Shown here piece after piece: positions 44,126 through 53,743 of a stretch of 64,000 nt of DNA. Below the pieces are notes generated by a model. It was not told where the DNA came from and made no database searches. It saw nothing but the letters and a program-made list of their open reading frames with translations. Positions within the stretch are counted from its first letter, which is position 1. Every line of letters begins with the position of its first letter. Location of the stretch: the NCBI GenBank assembly GCA_963770835.1, contig CAVYRH010000004.1:256001-320000 (forward strand), in the 5' to 3' direction. The DNA is from an uncultured Pseudomonadota bacterium. GTDB lineage: Bacteria; Oederibacteriota; Muellerivitia; Muellerivitales; Muellerivitaceae. The position numbers were made by a program, and so were the translations under genes.

Positions 44126-45841
44126 TTACAGGTAGCTGACTTTGCTCTTGGGAGGGGCGGCGAATTCGTCCTTTTTGCCCTTCTTCCGGCGACGGCTGGA
44201 TTTGGCGCTGGATTTTTGCCTGTAATGCAGGAACAGGAATATTCCTCCTACCAGCAGGTACATCAAGCCGAAGCTAGGTGCCCAGGAACTCCCGAACCCG
44301 TTCAAAACGCCCGTGTCGGTCAAGATATAGGTATGGATGAGGCCGGTGAAGGAAAAGAAGGAGGCCGCGAAGGTCCAATAGGCGGCCCTGTCGAATTTCC
44401 GGTCGATGAGGAATACCATGACCGCGGCGAAAATCATCGAGACCAGGAGAGACCCCTGGTCCAGCCGCAGGATGCCCCGGATGAAGAAATTGTCGTTGGT
44501 GAGCTTGTTGGCCATGTCCAAATTGATGACCACCCCACCGACCCTTAGGGCATGCTCAATGAGGTAATAACAATAGGCCGCGAAGGCGGGAATCAGGCCG
44601 AAGGCCACCGCCAGGGAATGCTCCTTGGGGATTTCCATGAAGGCCTGGGCCGTGATAATGATGGCGATCCAAAGAAGGATCCCGAAAATGCATTCGCGGG
44701 GCACGAACCTCAAAAACAGGGTCACGCCCCCGGTCAGGCACACCAGGGTGATCAGCGCTCCGTTCAGGATCGAGTAGCCGTGACGGGCCCCCATGGACTT
44801 CCATCCCGGGTGGCCGATGTAGATGGTGGTGGGGAAGGGGCTGCCCAGGAAGCAGGCCAGCAGCGTCGCAATGCCGTTCCACAAGAGGGAAGGCCTGGTC
44901 TCGAAGCGGTCGCCCCCCGCCTCGGCCGATTCCAGGTTCTGAAGGGAGCCGATGACGTTGAAAAGCCCCATAGGAAAGATGACCGCCAAGTACTTCCATC
45001 CCGAACTCACCAGGAAGGGCCACAGGTCGCCGAAGATGGGCCGGGGCGGGTAGAAGGACAAGGCGATGGGGTCGGTGGACAGGGCCGAGGCGATGTTGGT
45101 CGGGTTGAGGGCATGGAAAGCCCAGAAAAGGATTGTCCCTATTACCACCGCCAGGAAACCGCCCGGCAGGGAAAAGGGCCATTTGATCCGTGAGGCGTAG
45201 GAAACGAGGATCAGGAAGGTGGGAAGGAGGCCGACCATGGGGTTGGCGAAGATCTGGAAGATGAAGTCCATGGCGATGAAGGTAATGGCTACCCCCGCCA
45301 GGGCGCAGAGCAACGCGGCGCGGGGCGTGTGTTTTCTCAGCCAGTCGCCCACGTAGGCCCCGCCGATTTCCATCAGGCCGTTCAAGAAGCAGGCCAAAAG
45401 ACCCGCCTGCCAGGCCAGACGAAAGTTCCCGGTTTCCCGGTAGACCGGGGCGATGACCAGAACGATGAAGGCGATCAGGCTGGGAGTGTTGATGCCGAAG
45501 GGCAGGGCCGTCACGTCGTTGCGTTTTGTTTTCAGGGCCAGCTGGCGGGCCTGCCAGGCGTAGAAGAGGTTTCCTAATAGGATGGAAAGGGCGGCGCCCG
45601 GTAGGATTTGTGAGGTGATAAAATCCGTCGGGAAACCGCACATGCTCTTGCAGAGATAGCCGATGAGCATGAGTTGGAGCAGGTTGTCGATGAAAAGGCC
45701 GAAAAAGCCGTCCAGGTCGCCCCGGGTGAACCAGGGCAGGGGCTCGGGCTTCAATTGCTTCACATGGACCAGGAACCTTAGAAAAGTAGGGGTTTTGAAG
45801 GAAGCCAGCCGCGCCTGGAGGAAAGCCAGTACCTTTTGCAT
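44126..45841 (-). CDS. NCS2/AzgA-like nucleobase permease
   Basis: GDLDGFFGLFIDN, TALPFGINTPS, PTTIYIGHPGWK; many TM segments. Confidence 0.8.
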   Translation of the reverse strand: MQKVLAFLQARLASFKTPTFLRFLVHVKQLKPEPLPWFTRGDLDGFFGLFIDNLLQLMLIGYLCKSMCGFPTDFITSQILPGAALSILLGNLFYAWQARQLALKTKRNDVTALPFGINTPSLIAFIVLVIAPVYRETGNFRLAWQAGLLACFLNGLMEIGGAYVGDWLRKHTPRAALLCALAGVAITFIAMDFIFQIFANPMVGLLPTFLILVSYASRIKWPFSLPGGFLAVVIGTILFWAFHALNPTNIASALSTDPIALSFYPPRPIFGDLWPFLVSSGWKYLAVIFPMGLFNVIGSLQNLESAEAGGDRFETRPSLLWNGIATLLACFLGSPFPTTIYIGHPGWKSMGARHGYSILNGALITLVCLTGGVTLFLRFVPRECIFGILLWIAIIITAQAFMEIPKEHSLAVAFGLIPAFAAYCYYLIEHALRVGGVVINLDMANKLTNDNFFIRGILRLDQGSLLVSMIFAAVMVFLIDRKFDRAAYWTFAASFFSFTGLIHTYILTDTGVLNGFGSSWAPSFGLMYLLVGGIFLFLHYRQKSSAKSSRRRKKGKKDEFAAPPKSKVSYL

Positions 45842-45972
45842 GGGAAAAGCCTAATCGCCCCCAGGGAACCGGTCAAGGGATTTCATCCATTGGAACGGTT
45901 CAAAAGGCTAGGTTCTTTGAAGTAAATGGTTAGGGGGAGGGTGGAGTTGGGTGGAAAGTCCCAAAAATGAAT

Positions 45973-46229
45973 TTATTTTTTTGATCCTGGTATGAAAAAT
46001 TCAACTGTTGCTAAAACTAACGACTTCAAAAGTTGAAAAAATCTAGTCACTGTCATAAATGAAAACCCAAGAAAAAAACCGGTGCCAGATAAAACAAAAA
46101 ACACACAGATAAAAAATCCAACGTATTGCATCCATTTTTGATTTATCGAATTACCTATCCAATCAATCACAAAGCCCACAATTCCACCAAAAACACTTTT
46201 AACCTTTGATTTTTTACATTTTCAAACAT
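45973..46229 (-). pseudogene. AT-rich small membrane-protein ORF, possibly frameshifted
   Basis: Hydrophobic ORF 45973..46179. An upstream ATG (46229, MFENVKNQRLKVF) lies in another frame across homopolymer runs. Confidence 0.3.
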
Positions 46230-46300
46230 AAAATCTCTGCAATCATTTTGAGCAGTTATTGTAGTTGTGACAAGGGCTTTCCGAAATTTGGTGTCCCAGC

Positions 46301-47401
46301 TTAAAAGGAACCTGAATCCGGCCCTTTCACTGGGAATCGCAAAGCCACTTTAACCCCTTGGCCCGGTTCGCTTTGAAGGGTGATCTCCCCGCTGTGGGCC
46401 AGCATGATTTCCCGGCAAAGGCTCAAGCCCAGCCCGTAGCCGCCGGTTTCCTTGGTGCGGGACTTGTCCACACGGTAAAAGGGCTCGAAGATTTTTTCCT
46501 GCTCCTCCGGGGGGATGCCGGGCCCGAAATCCTGGATTGTCACCAAGGCATTGTCGGTGTCCGATTCCAGGCTGATTTCCACCGCTTTCTTCTGGCCGCT
46601 TGAGTATTTCAAGGCGTTTTCCAACACGTTCTGGAGCACGGTTTTCACGCGGGCGGGGTCCGCCGTCACTTCCCGTTTTTCTTCCGGCCCCAAGAGTCTC
46701 AAACCCGGTTTGCGGTCCTTGTACTTTTCCGTCATTTCGCCGGCCAAGGCAGTAAGGTCCACCGTCCCCAGGGAAAGTTTCCCGTTGCCGTTCTTGAGCC
46801 GTTCGGTTTCCAGGATTTCAGTGAGCATGGTTTCCATTTCATGGATGTCGCTCATCATGGAATCCCTCATTTTGCTCTTGGGGGTCATTTCCAGCGCCAC
46901 CTTCAAGCGCGTCAGGGGGCTGCGCAGCTCGTGGCTGACATCCAAAAGCAACTGGTCCTTGGAATGGATCATTTCCTTGATATGGTTCACCATCTGGTTG
47001 AACTGGTCCGCCAGGTACCCAATTTCACCGTGACGCCCATGGGTGGGGAACTGGAAATCCAAATTGCCGTTGGAAATCTCCTGGACCCCCCGCATCAGGA
47101 AGCGCAGGGGTCCGAACATCCGCCGCAGGATGAAAGAACCCACCAGCATGACCAGGAAGACGATGGCAAAGATGTGAAGGACCCGGTGGGTGGTGAGGCT
47201 GCCGAAAGCGAAGAAGGAAATCGTCAGGATCACGCAGACCCAGAAGAAGAACATTAGGATTTTCATGAAGAACCAGTGGCGGGGAGGGTGGTTCCAGGGG
47301 CCCCCGCCCCAGTGGGCGTGGGAGTGGCGATGGCGTGGTCCCCAGGGGCACCGGGTGGCCTGGTCTGGGCTGGTTGGGCCGGAGGTTTTTTCAGTTTCCA
47401 T
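46301..47401 (-). CDS. HAMP-domain sensor histidine kinase (two closely spaced TMs)
   Basis: DVSHELRSPL, NVLENALKY, DFGPG, FEPFYR, GYGLGL; overlaps the response-regulator stop. Confidence 0.92.
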   Translation of the reverse strand: METEKTSGPTSPDQATRCPWGPRHRHSHAHWGGGPWNHPPRHWFFMKILMFFFWVCVILTISFFAFGSLTTHRVLHIFAIVFLVMLVGSFILRRMFGPLRFLMRGVQEISNGNLDFQFPTHGRHGEIGYLADQFNQMVNHIKEMIHSKDQLLLDVSHELRSPLTRLKVALEMTPKSKMRDSMMSDIHEMETMLTEILETERLKNGNGKLSLGTVDLTALAGEMTEKYKDRKPGLRLLGPEEKREVTADPARVKTVLQNVLENALKYSSGQKKAVEISLESDTDNALVTIQDFGPGIPPEEQEKIFEPFYRVDKSRTKETGGYGLGLSLCREIMLAHSGEITLQSEPGQGVKVALRFPVKGPDSGSF

Positions 47402-48104
47402 GGCGCCGGACCTTTCCGATAAAAAGATAACCTTCGCCCCAGACGGTCTTGAAAAACCTGGGGTTTTCTGCGCTGTCCTTGAGTTTCTTGCGCAGGCGGC
47501 TGACGGCGATGTCGATGGAGCGGTTGAAGGCCTCGCACTCAATGCCCTTCAGGTGCTCCATGATGCGGTCGCGGCTCAAGACCGCGCCGGGGTTTCCCAG
47601 GAAAAAAAGCAGGATTTCGAATTCGGTGGTGGTGAGGCCCAGTTCTTTCTGTTTCAGGGAGGCGGTGCGCTTGGCCAGGTCAACGGTGAGGTCGTCGGAG
47701 CGCAAAAAGCCGCCGGCGGATGGGGCTGGTGAAGGCGCAAAACGCCGCAGGACGGTCTGGATGCGCGCTACTAGTTCCCGGGGTTCGAAGGGCTTGGCTA
47801 GGTAGTCGTCGGCCCCAATCTCCAGGCCCACCACGCGGTCGGTCACGTCGCCCCGGGCGGTGAGCATGATGATGGGCACTTTGGAGGATTTGCGGATTTC
47901 CTTGCAGACTTCGAAGCCGTCTTTCCCGGGTAGCATCACGTCCAGGATCACCAGGTCGGGCCCGCGTTTTTTCAGGAGATTCAGGCCTTCCTCCGGGTTC
48001 ACGGCGGCCATCACGCGCATATCGAACTTCAATAGATAGCTTTTCAGGAGCTCGTTGAGCTTCTGGTCGTCGTCAATGATGAGGATTTGTTTTTTAGCGG
48101 CCAT
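47391..48104 (-). CDS. OmpR/CpxR-family response regulator
   Basis: IIDDD, LDVMLP, GADDYLAKPF; winged helix RSIDIAVSRLRKKL, TVWGEGY. Confidence 0.93.
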   Translation of the reverse strand: MAAKKQILIIDDDQKLNELLKSYLLKFDMRVMAAVNPEEGLNLLKKRGPDLVILDVMLPGKDGFEVCKEIRKSSKVPIIMLTARGDVTDRVVGLEIGADDYLAKPFEPRELVARIQTVLRRFAPSPAPSAGGFLRSDDLTVDLAKRTASLKQKELGLTTTEFEILLFFLGNPGAVLSRDRIMEHLKGIECEAFNRSIDIAVSRLRKKLKDSAENPRFFKTVWGEGYLFIGKVRRHGN

Positions 48105-48180
48105 CTTTAATATCCAAATGCAACACGATGTTTTTTCATACTCTAAATATTAGCATGGGCGGCTTGTTTAACCTCCCGTT

Positions 48181-48206
48181 GTTACCTTTTGTTACAAAGT
48201 GGTACA
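48181..48206. promoter_or_regulatory. Direct-repeat regulator site 1
   Basis: GTTAC-CTTTT-GTTAC-AAAGT-GGTACA, 10-nt period. Confidence 0.75.
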
Positions 48207-48415
48207 AGATGAAAAAGTTTCCCCAACTTGTAGCTTTTAACCCCTTCTATTCGTCGTTTTAGTGGAAGGGAAAGGATGTTTTAGGGGACCCTGCTGGTTA
48301 TCCTGGATTGCCAGCGCGAAAGTTGGCGAGGAATTTAGCCCCAAGCCCGCCATTTTCCATAGACAAAAGTCACCCTCAATGGATCCATCTTCATGAGAAA
48401 GGTTTGAACCGGGCC

Positions 48416-48928
48416 ATGAAAGACTTTCAACAAGCGGAAGTTTTCCAGGCCTTCATTGGGGAAAACCGGCGTCTCTGGGTGAAATTAGCCTACCGGGTCC
48501 TGGGAAGCCGCGAGGAAGCGGAAGATGTGGTCCAGGAAACACTGGCGCATTTGTGGGAAAAACGGGCTTTTTTAAAGGTCGACAATCCGGGCGCTTACGT
48601 GGCCCGGGCGGTTTGGTTAAATTCGATCAAACGGCGGACAAGGGGAAGGGTCCATCTTCCCTTGGAGGAAATAGCTGAACCGGCTTCCGGGGAACGGGAA
48701 CTGGAGGCGGGGGCCGAAACCGCCGATCCTGCCCGATTGGAACAGGCCCTCCAAAGCCTGCCGGAAGCCCAGCGGACGGTGATCCGCATGAAATATTACA
48801 TGGGGTTGTCGTTCAGGGAAATCGGGGAAGCCCTCCAGATTTCCCTGAACACCGCGGGAAGCCGGTGCCGTTACGCCCTGCAGGCCTTGCAGAAGATTTT
48901 GGTAGTGCGCCGTCCGCCGGGCCATTAG
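48416..48928 (+). CDS. ECF sigma factor
   Basis: AYRVLGSREEAEDVVQE (region 2); LPEAQRTVIRMKYYMGLSFREIG (region 4). Confidence 0.88.
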   Translation: MKDFQQAEVFQAFIGENRRLWVKLAYRVLGSREEAEDVVQETLAHLWEKRAFLKVDNPGAYVARAVWLNSIKRRTRGRVHLPLEEIAEPASGERELEAGAETADPARLEQALQSLPEAQRTVIRMKYYMGLSFREIGEALQISLNTAGSRCRYALQALQKILVVRRPPGH

Positions 48929-48953
48929 CAATAAGAGGAACCAAGGAGGATCT

Positions 48954-49352
48954 ATGAGTGAAGAACCGAAGAACCATGAAAAGGGGCATACGAACGTTTT
49001 GTTCGGCGGCGGTACCGCTATCGCGGTGATTGGTGTCCTAGGCGGCGTTGGGATCGCCCTGGGATTTCCCTGGATCATATTGGCCTATGGACAGGCCCTG
49101 GGCCCGAAACTTTTGATGATTTTCGTGATCACGGGCCTTGTCATCGGAGGGCTGCTGGCCTTGACTTCGGCCTTTTTCGGCCTAGTCATGCCGAGGGCCA
49201 TGGCCGACGCCCCGCCTTGGCATCAGGATGACTGGAAAGAATGGGCTGAATACGCGGATTTGGCCGACCTCGATTACAAAAATTGGACCCTGAAGGATTG
49301 GAAAGCCTGGGGCGAGAAGATGAGAAAAAAACGAATGCAGAAGGAACGATAG
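48954..49352 (+). CDS. Two-TM membrane protein with a Trp-rich tail, downstream of the ECF sigma
   Basis: SD AAGGAGG; two hydrophobic segments; DWKEW/NWTL/DWKAW. Confidence 0.7.
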   Translation: MSEEPKNHEKGHTNVLFGGGTAIAVIGVLGGVGIALGFPWIILAYGQALGPKLLMIFVITGLVIGGLLALTSAFFGLVMPRAMADAPPWHQDDWKEWAEYADLADLDYKNWTLKDWKAWGEKMRKKRMQKER

Positions 49353-49395
49353 GGCTTTTGCAAATTACGGGAGAGATATTGACGCCGGTTCGAGC

Positions 49396-49421
49396 GTTAC
49401 AAACGGTTACAAAGTGAAACA
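49396..49421. promoter_or_regulatory. Direct-repeat regulator site 2
   Basis: GTTAC-AAACG-GTTAC-AAAGT-GAAACA. Confidence 0.75.
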
Positions 49422-49570
49422 AAGCTGAAAATCATTATAAAAAGGTATTGTTTATTGTCGGGTCCATCGGAGAAAATCGGTGCCCCACCCTCCGCCGCAA
49501 GCTGGAAACCCAAGGGAAAGGACGCGCCGAAATGCCCCGAAAAAAATCAACCTCTCAAGCGAGGACCAAG

Positions 49571-50275
49571 ATGGCTGAAATTGTCTCCATTCGGAATGTC
49601 GTGAAGGAATATCATCTCGATAAGGTGGTGGTGCCGGCCCTGCAAGGCGTCAGCCTCACGGTCGCCCAAGGAGACTTCCTCTCCATCGTCGGCCCCTCAG
49701 GGTCGGGCAAGACCACCCTTTTGAACCTCATCGGCTGCGTGGACACCGCCACCCGCGGCACGGTGCTGGTGGACGGCCAGGACACCAAAAACTTGAACGA
49801 CCGCCAATTAACTAACCTACGCCTGAACACCCTAGGCTTCATCTTCCAAAGCTTCAACCTAGTGCCAGTCCTTTCCGTGGCCCAGAACGTCGAATTCCCC
49901 CTCCTGCTCCAGCGCAAGTTCACGCCGGAAGAAAGGGCTAAGCGGGTGGATGAGCTTCTGGAAAAGGTGGGGCTGGACAAACACTCGAAGCACCGGCCCA
50001 GCGAGCTTTCCGGGGGCCAGCGGCAAAGGGTGGCCATCGCCCGGGCCCTGGTGACGCGCCCCAAGATCGTCCTGGCTGACGAGCCCACCGCCAACTTGGA
50101 TTCGGTGACGGGTGAAAACATCATCGACCTGATGAAGGAAATGAACCGCGTAGAGAAGACAACCTTCATTTTCTCCACCCACGACGCCAAGGTCATGGGC
50201 CACGCCAATTCGGTCATCCGACTGGCTGACGGCCGCATCGCCAAGGGGAAGGCCACCGCCGCGGGGAGACATTAA
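49571..50275 (+). CDS. ABC transporter ATP-binding protein (LolD/MacB-like)
   Basis: GPSGSGKTT, GFIFQSFNL, LSGGQRQR, LADEPTANLD. Confidence 0.92.
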   Translation: MAEIVSIRNVVKEYHLDKVVVPALQGVSLTVAQGDFLSIVGPSGSGKTTLLNLIGCVDTATRGTVLVDGQDTKNLNDRQLTNLRLNTLGFIFQSFNLVPVLSVAQNVEFPLLLQRKFTPEERAKRVDELLEKVGLDKHSKHRPSELSGGQRQRVAIARALVTRPKIVLADEPTANLDSVTGENIIDLMKEMNRVEKTTFIFSTHDAKVMGHANSVIRLADGRIAKGKATAAGRH

Positions 50276-52353
50276 TGAGCTGGTTCCTCCTCCTTCTTCG
50301 CATCGCATTCCGAAACATTTTCTCCAGCTTCCTCAACGTGGTAGTAGGCCTCATCATCCTGGCGGGCACTTTCTTTTTCGTGGTCGGAGGCTGCCTGGTC
50401 AACAGCATGGACAAGACCATGAGCAAGAGCATCATCGACTCGGTGGCCGGCCACATCCAGGTTTACGAGGCTTCCTCCAAGGACAAACCCGCGCTTTTCG
50501 ACAACTGGCAGATCCCGGACCTGGACCCCATCCCGGACTTCTCCGCGATCAAGGGGCCCCTCCTGTCCGATCCCAACGTCAAGGCCGTGGTGCCCGAGGG
50601 CGTCAATACCGCCATCGTGGTCTACGGCAACACCATCGACCAGATCCTGGAGAAGCTCCGCAAGGCCGAGTCGCCCGGCACAAGGCAACCCAAGGCCGTG
50701 ATTGATAGCTTGAAGGCCCACGTGCTGCAGATGGTCTCCGTCATCCAAACCGACATGGGAAAGCACAACAAGATCGGAGCGGCGGGTTCAGTGGACCCCC
50801 AATCGATCATTGACCTGCAGCGCGCGGCCTCACCGGCCTTTTGGGCCGGGTTCGACGCCGATCCCCTCAACCACCTGGAGTTCCTGGAAAACAAGATCGC
50901 CTACCTGGTGCCGGATTCGGACCAGATCTTCCTTTCCTACGTGGGCACGGATCTGGACGCCTTTGCCAAGTCCTTCGACCGCCTCCAGATCGTGGATGGC
51001 CAGAGGGTCCCCCCGGGCCACCGGGGCATGCTGCTGTCCAAGTACGTCTATGAAACCATGTTCAAGCTCAAGTCCGCCTACCGCCTGGACCAAATCCATC
51101 AGGCGGTCACGGAAAAGCGGCAGACCATCGCCAAAAACCCCGACCTGCAGGATTTGGTACGGCAGAACCGCCAACAAACCCGCGAAATTGTCCTTCAATT
51201 GGACCCCCTTTCCAGCCAGAAAGCCGTCTCCATCCTCCAAGCCACCCTGGGCTCGAAGGAGACGGACCTGCCCCCATTGCTTTCCGCCTTCTTCGACATG
51301 GACGACTCCAACTTCGAAGCTCGCTACAAGGTCTTTTACGACCAGATCGCCCCTTTGGTGGAACTCTATCGCCTGAAGCCGGGCGATACCCTGACCATCA
51401 AGACCTACACCAAATCGGGTTACGTTGAAGCCGTGAACGTGAAGATCTACGGCACCTTCCAGTTCAAGGGCCTGGAGAAATCCAGCATGGCCGGATCCCT
51501 GAGCCTGATGGACCTGATGAGCTTCCGGGACCTTTACGGCTACGTGACGCCAGAAAAGATCGCCGAAACAAAATCACTGGAGAAGGCCGCGGGCGTCAAG
51601 TTCGTCCCGCGGGACCAGGCCGAGGCCGACCTCTTCGGCGGCTCCTCCACCACCGTGGAAAAGGCCAAACAAAAGCCCATCAACGACGCGGCCGAGCTGG
51701 GCGGTGCCAAGGTGAAGCGGGTGGACCTGGCCAGCCAAACCTACAGCCAGGACGAGATCGAGAAGGGCGTAGTCATGGGGGCCGCCGTCATCCTGAAGGA
51801 CCCGGCCCAGTTGAAACAAACCATGAAGGAACTCCAGGTGATCTCGGATAAGAACAGCCTGGGCCTGAAGGTGATCGACTGGCAGATGTCCACGGGCTTC
51901 GTCGGGCAGTTCGTGAACATCACCAAACTTGTCCTTTTCCTGGCCAGCTTCATCATCTTCGTGGTGATGCTGGTCATCATCAACAACGCGGTGGTCATGG
52001 CCACCCTCCAGCGCATCCGGGAGATCGGCACCATGCGCGCCATCGGGGCCCGCCGCCTTTTTGTTCTGTTTATGGTCCTGATCGAGACCCTGGTCCTGGG
52101 ACTGTTCTTCGGGACCCTCGGATCGGCGCTGGGCAGCGCCCTGGTGGTCCTCCTCGGGCACTTCGGGATCACCGCGCCCAACGACTGGTTTTATTTCTTT
52201 TTCTCCGGGCCCAAGCTTTTCCCCTGGCTGAACGCGGGAAGCCTCATCGGTGCCTTCATCGTGGTGGTGATCGTTACCTGCATCTCGGCGCTTTATCCCG
52301 CCTGGATGGCGACGAGGGTGTCGCCAATCCAGGCCATCGCGGCGGAGGACTAA
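50275..52353 (+). CDS. FtsX/MacB-like ABC permease with an enlarged periplasmic domain
   Basis: IAFRN, GHIQV, RIREIGTMRAIG, YPAWMATRVSPIQAI. Confidence 0.88.
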   Translation: MSWFLLLLRIAFRNIFSSFLNVVVGLIILAGTFFFVVGGCLVNSMDKTMSKSIIDSVAGHIQVYEASSKDKPALFDNWQIPDLDPIPDFSAIKGPLLSDPNVKAVVPEGVNTAIVVYGNTIDQILEKLRKAESPGTRQPKAVIDSLKAHVLQMVSVIQTDMGKHNKIGAAGSVDPQSIIDLQRAASPAFWAGFDADPLNHLEFLENKIAYLVPDSDQIFLSYVGTDLDAFAKSFDRLQIVDGQRVPPGHRGMLLSKYVYETMFKLKSAYRLDQIHQAVTEKRQTIAKNPDLQDLVRQNRQQTREIVLQLDPLSSQKAVSILQATLGSKETDLPPLLSAFFDMDDSNFEARYKVFYDQIAPLVELYRLKPGDTLTIKTYTKSGYVEAVNVKIYGTFQFKGLEKSSMAGSLSLMDLMSFRDLYGYVTPEKIAETKSLEKAAGVKFVPRDQAEADLFGGSSTTVEKAKQKPINDAAELGGAKVKRVDLASQTYSQDEIEKGVVMGAAVILKDPAQLKQTMKELQVISDKNSLGLKVIDWQMSTGFVGQFVNITKLVLFLASFIIFVVMLVIINNAVVMATLQRIREIGTMRAIGARRLFVLFMVLIETLVLGLFFGTLGSALGSALVVLLGHFGITAPNDWFYFFFSGPKLFPWLNAGSLIGAFIVVVIVTCISALYPAWMATRVSPIQAIAAED

Positions 52354-52354
52354 A

Positions 52355-53680
52355 ATGAGACATTGGTTCGAAGGTTTTTCCCAATTGTTCCTGATCGCCT
52401 TCCGCAATCTTTTGACCCACAGCCGGCGCAGCCTGCTCCTGGGCGGCGCCATCGCGGGCGTGACCACCCTGCTGGTCTTCCTGGGCTGCCTTTCCTCGGG
52501 GGTGAAAGCCACCATGCTCGAGTCGGCCACCACGGTGGCCACCGGGCACCTGAATATTGGCGGCTTTTACAAGGTGACGGCCGGGCAAAGCGCGCCGTTG
52601 GTGACGGACTACCAGAAGATCGAGGACATCGTCGCCAAGACCCTGCCGGACCTGGATTACCTGACAGCCCGGGGCCGGGGCTGGGCCCGGCTGGTTTCGG
52701 CGGATACCAGCGCCCAGGTGGGAATCGCGGGCGTGGACATTGCCCACGAACCCCGCCTGCCCAAGGTCATTAAAATGGAGGAGGGAAAGGTGGAGGACCT
52801 GGCCAAACCCGGCTCCCTCCTCCTGTTTGAAACCCTGGCCAAAAAACTCAAGGTGAAGACCGGCGACAGCCTGGTCTTTTCCGTGCTCACCGACCGGGGC
52901 GTCAACAACACGGTGGACGTGCGGGTTTGCGGCGTGGCCAAGGACATGGGCCTGATGACGGCCTGGAACGTCTTCGTGCCGGAACAAACCCTCAATCAGC
53001 TCTACCAGATCAACGATTCGGCCACGGGCGCCATCCTCGTCTATCTGAAGAACATGAACCAAATCCCCCGGGACATGGACCTGTTGCGCAAGGCCCTTTC
53101 GGCCGCGGGCTATACGGTCATGGACCGGGAGGCCAACAAGGTCTTCTGGCAGAAGTTCGACGAGCTCAACCGCGAGGAATGGACCGGGCAGAAACTGGAT
53201 ATCACCACCTGGGAGGACGAGATCAGCTACATCATTTGGGCCCTGGCTGCCATCGACGGATTGAGCCTCCTTTTGACCACTATCCTTCTAATCATCATCG
53301 CCGTGGGGATCATGAATTCCCTTTGGATCGCCATCCGGGAGCGCACCCGCGAGATCGGGACGCTGCGCGCCATCGGCATGCGGCGCCGGGCCGTGATGGG
53401 CATGTTCGTGATGGAGGCCTTCTGCTTGGGGGCCCTCGGCACGGCCGCCGGAGCCCTCCTGGGAAGCCTTTTGGCGGTTTTCCTCGACGCCCTGCACCTG
53501 CCGGTGCCGCCGGGCGCGGAATTCTTCATCATGTCCTCCACCTTCCACTTCGCGCTGGACCCGGAGCGCATCTTCAAGGGGGCGGCCATCATCACCCTTT
53601 GCTGCACGCTGATTTCGCTGATCCCTTCGTTCAGGGCGGCCCGGATGAAACCCATCACGGCCATGTCCCATGTCGGATGA
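52355..53680 (+). CDS. FtsX/LolC/E-like ABC permease
   Basis: IAFRNL, ERTREIGTLRAIG, PSFRAARMKPITAM. Confidence 0.88.
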   Translation: MRHWFEGFSQLFLIAFRNLLTHSRRSLLLGGAIAGVTTLLVFLGCLSSGVKATMLESATTVATGHLNIGGFYKVTAGQSAPLVTDYQKIEDIVAKTLPDLDYLTARGRGWARLVSADTSAQVGIAGVDIAHEPRLPKVIKMEEGKVEDLAKPGSLLLFETLAKKLKVKTGDSLVFSVLTDRGVNNTVDVRVCGVAKDMGLMTAWNVFVPEQTLNQLYQINDSATGAILVYLKNMNQIPRDMDLLRKALSAAGYTVMDREANKVFWQKFDELNREEWTGQKLDITTWEDEISYIIWALAAIDGLSLLLTTILLIIIAVGIMNSLWIAIRERTREIGTLRAIGMRRRAVMGMFVMEAFCLGALGTAAGALLGSLLAVFLDALHLPVPPGAEFFIMSSTFHFALDPERIFKGAAIITLCCTLISLIPSFRAARMKPITAMSHVG

Positions 53681-53685
53681 AAAAC

Positions 53686-53720
53686 CAGTTTACAGTTGGC
53701 AGTTCGCAATCGACAGTTGA
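53686..53720 (+). repeat. 7-nt tandem array (solo arm)
   Basis: CAGTTTA-CAGTTGG-CAGTTCG-CAATCGA-CAGTTGA. Confidence 0.65.
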
Positions 53721-53743
53721 AGACTAAAGAAAAGGATTCTCTT

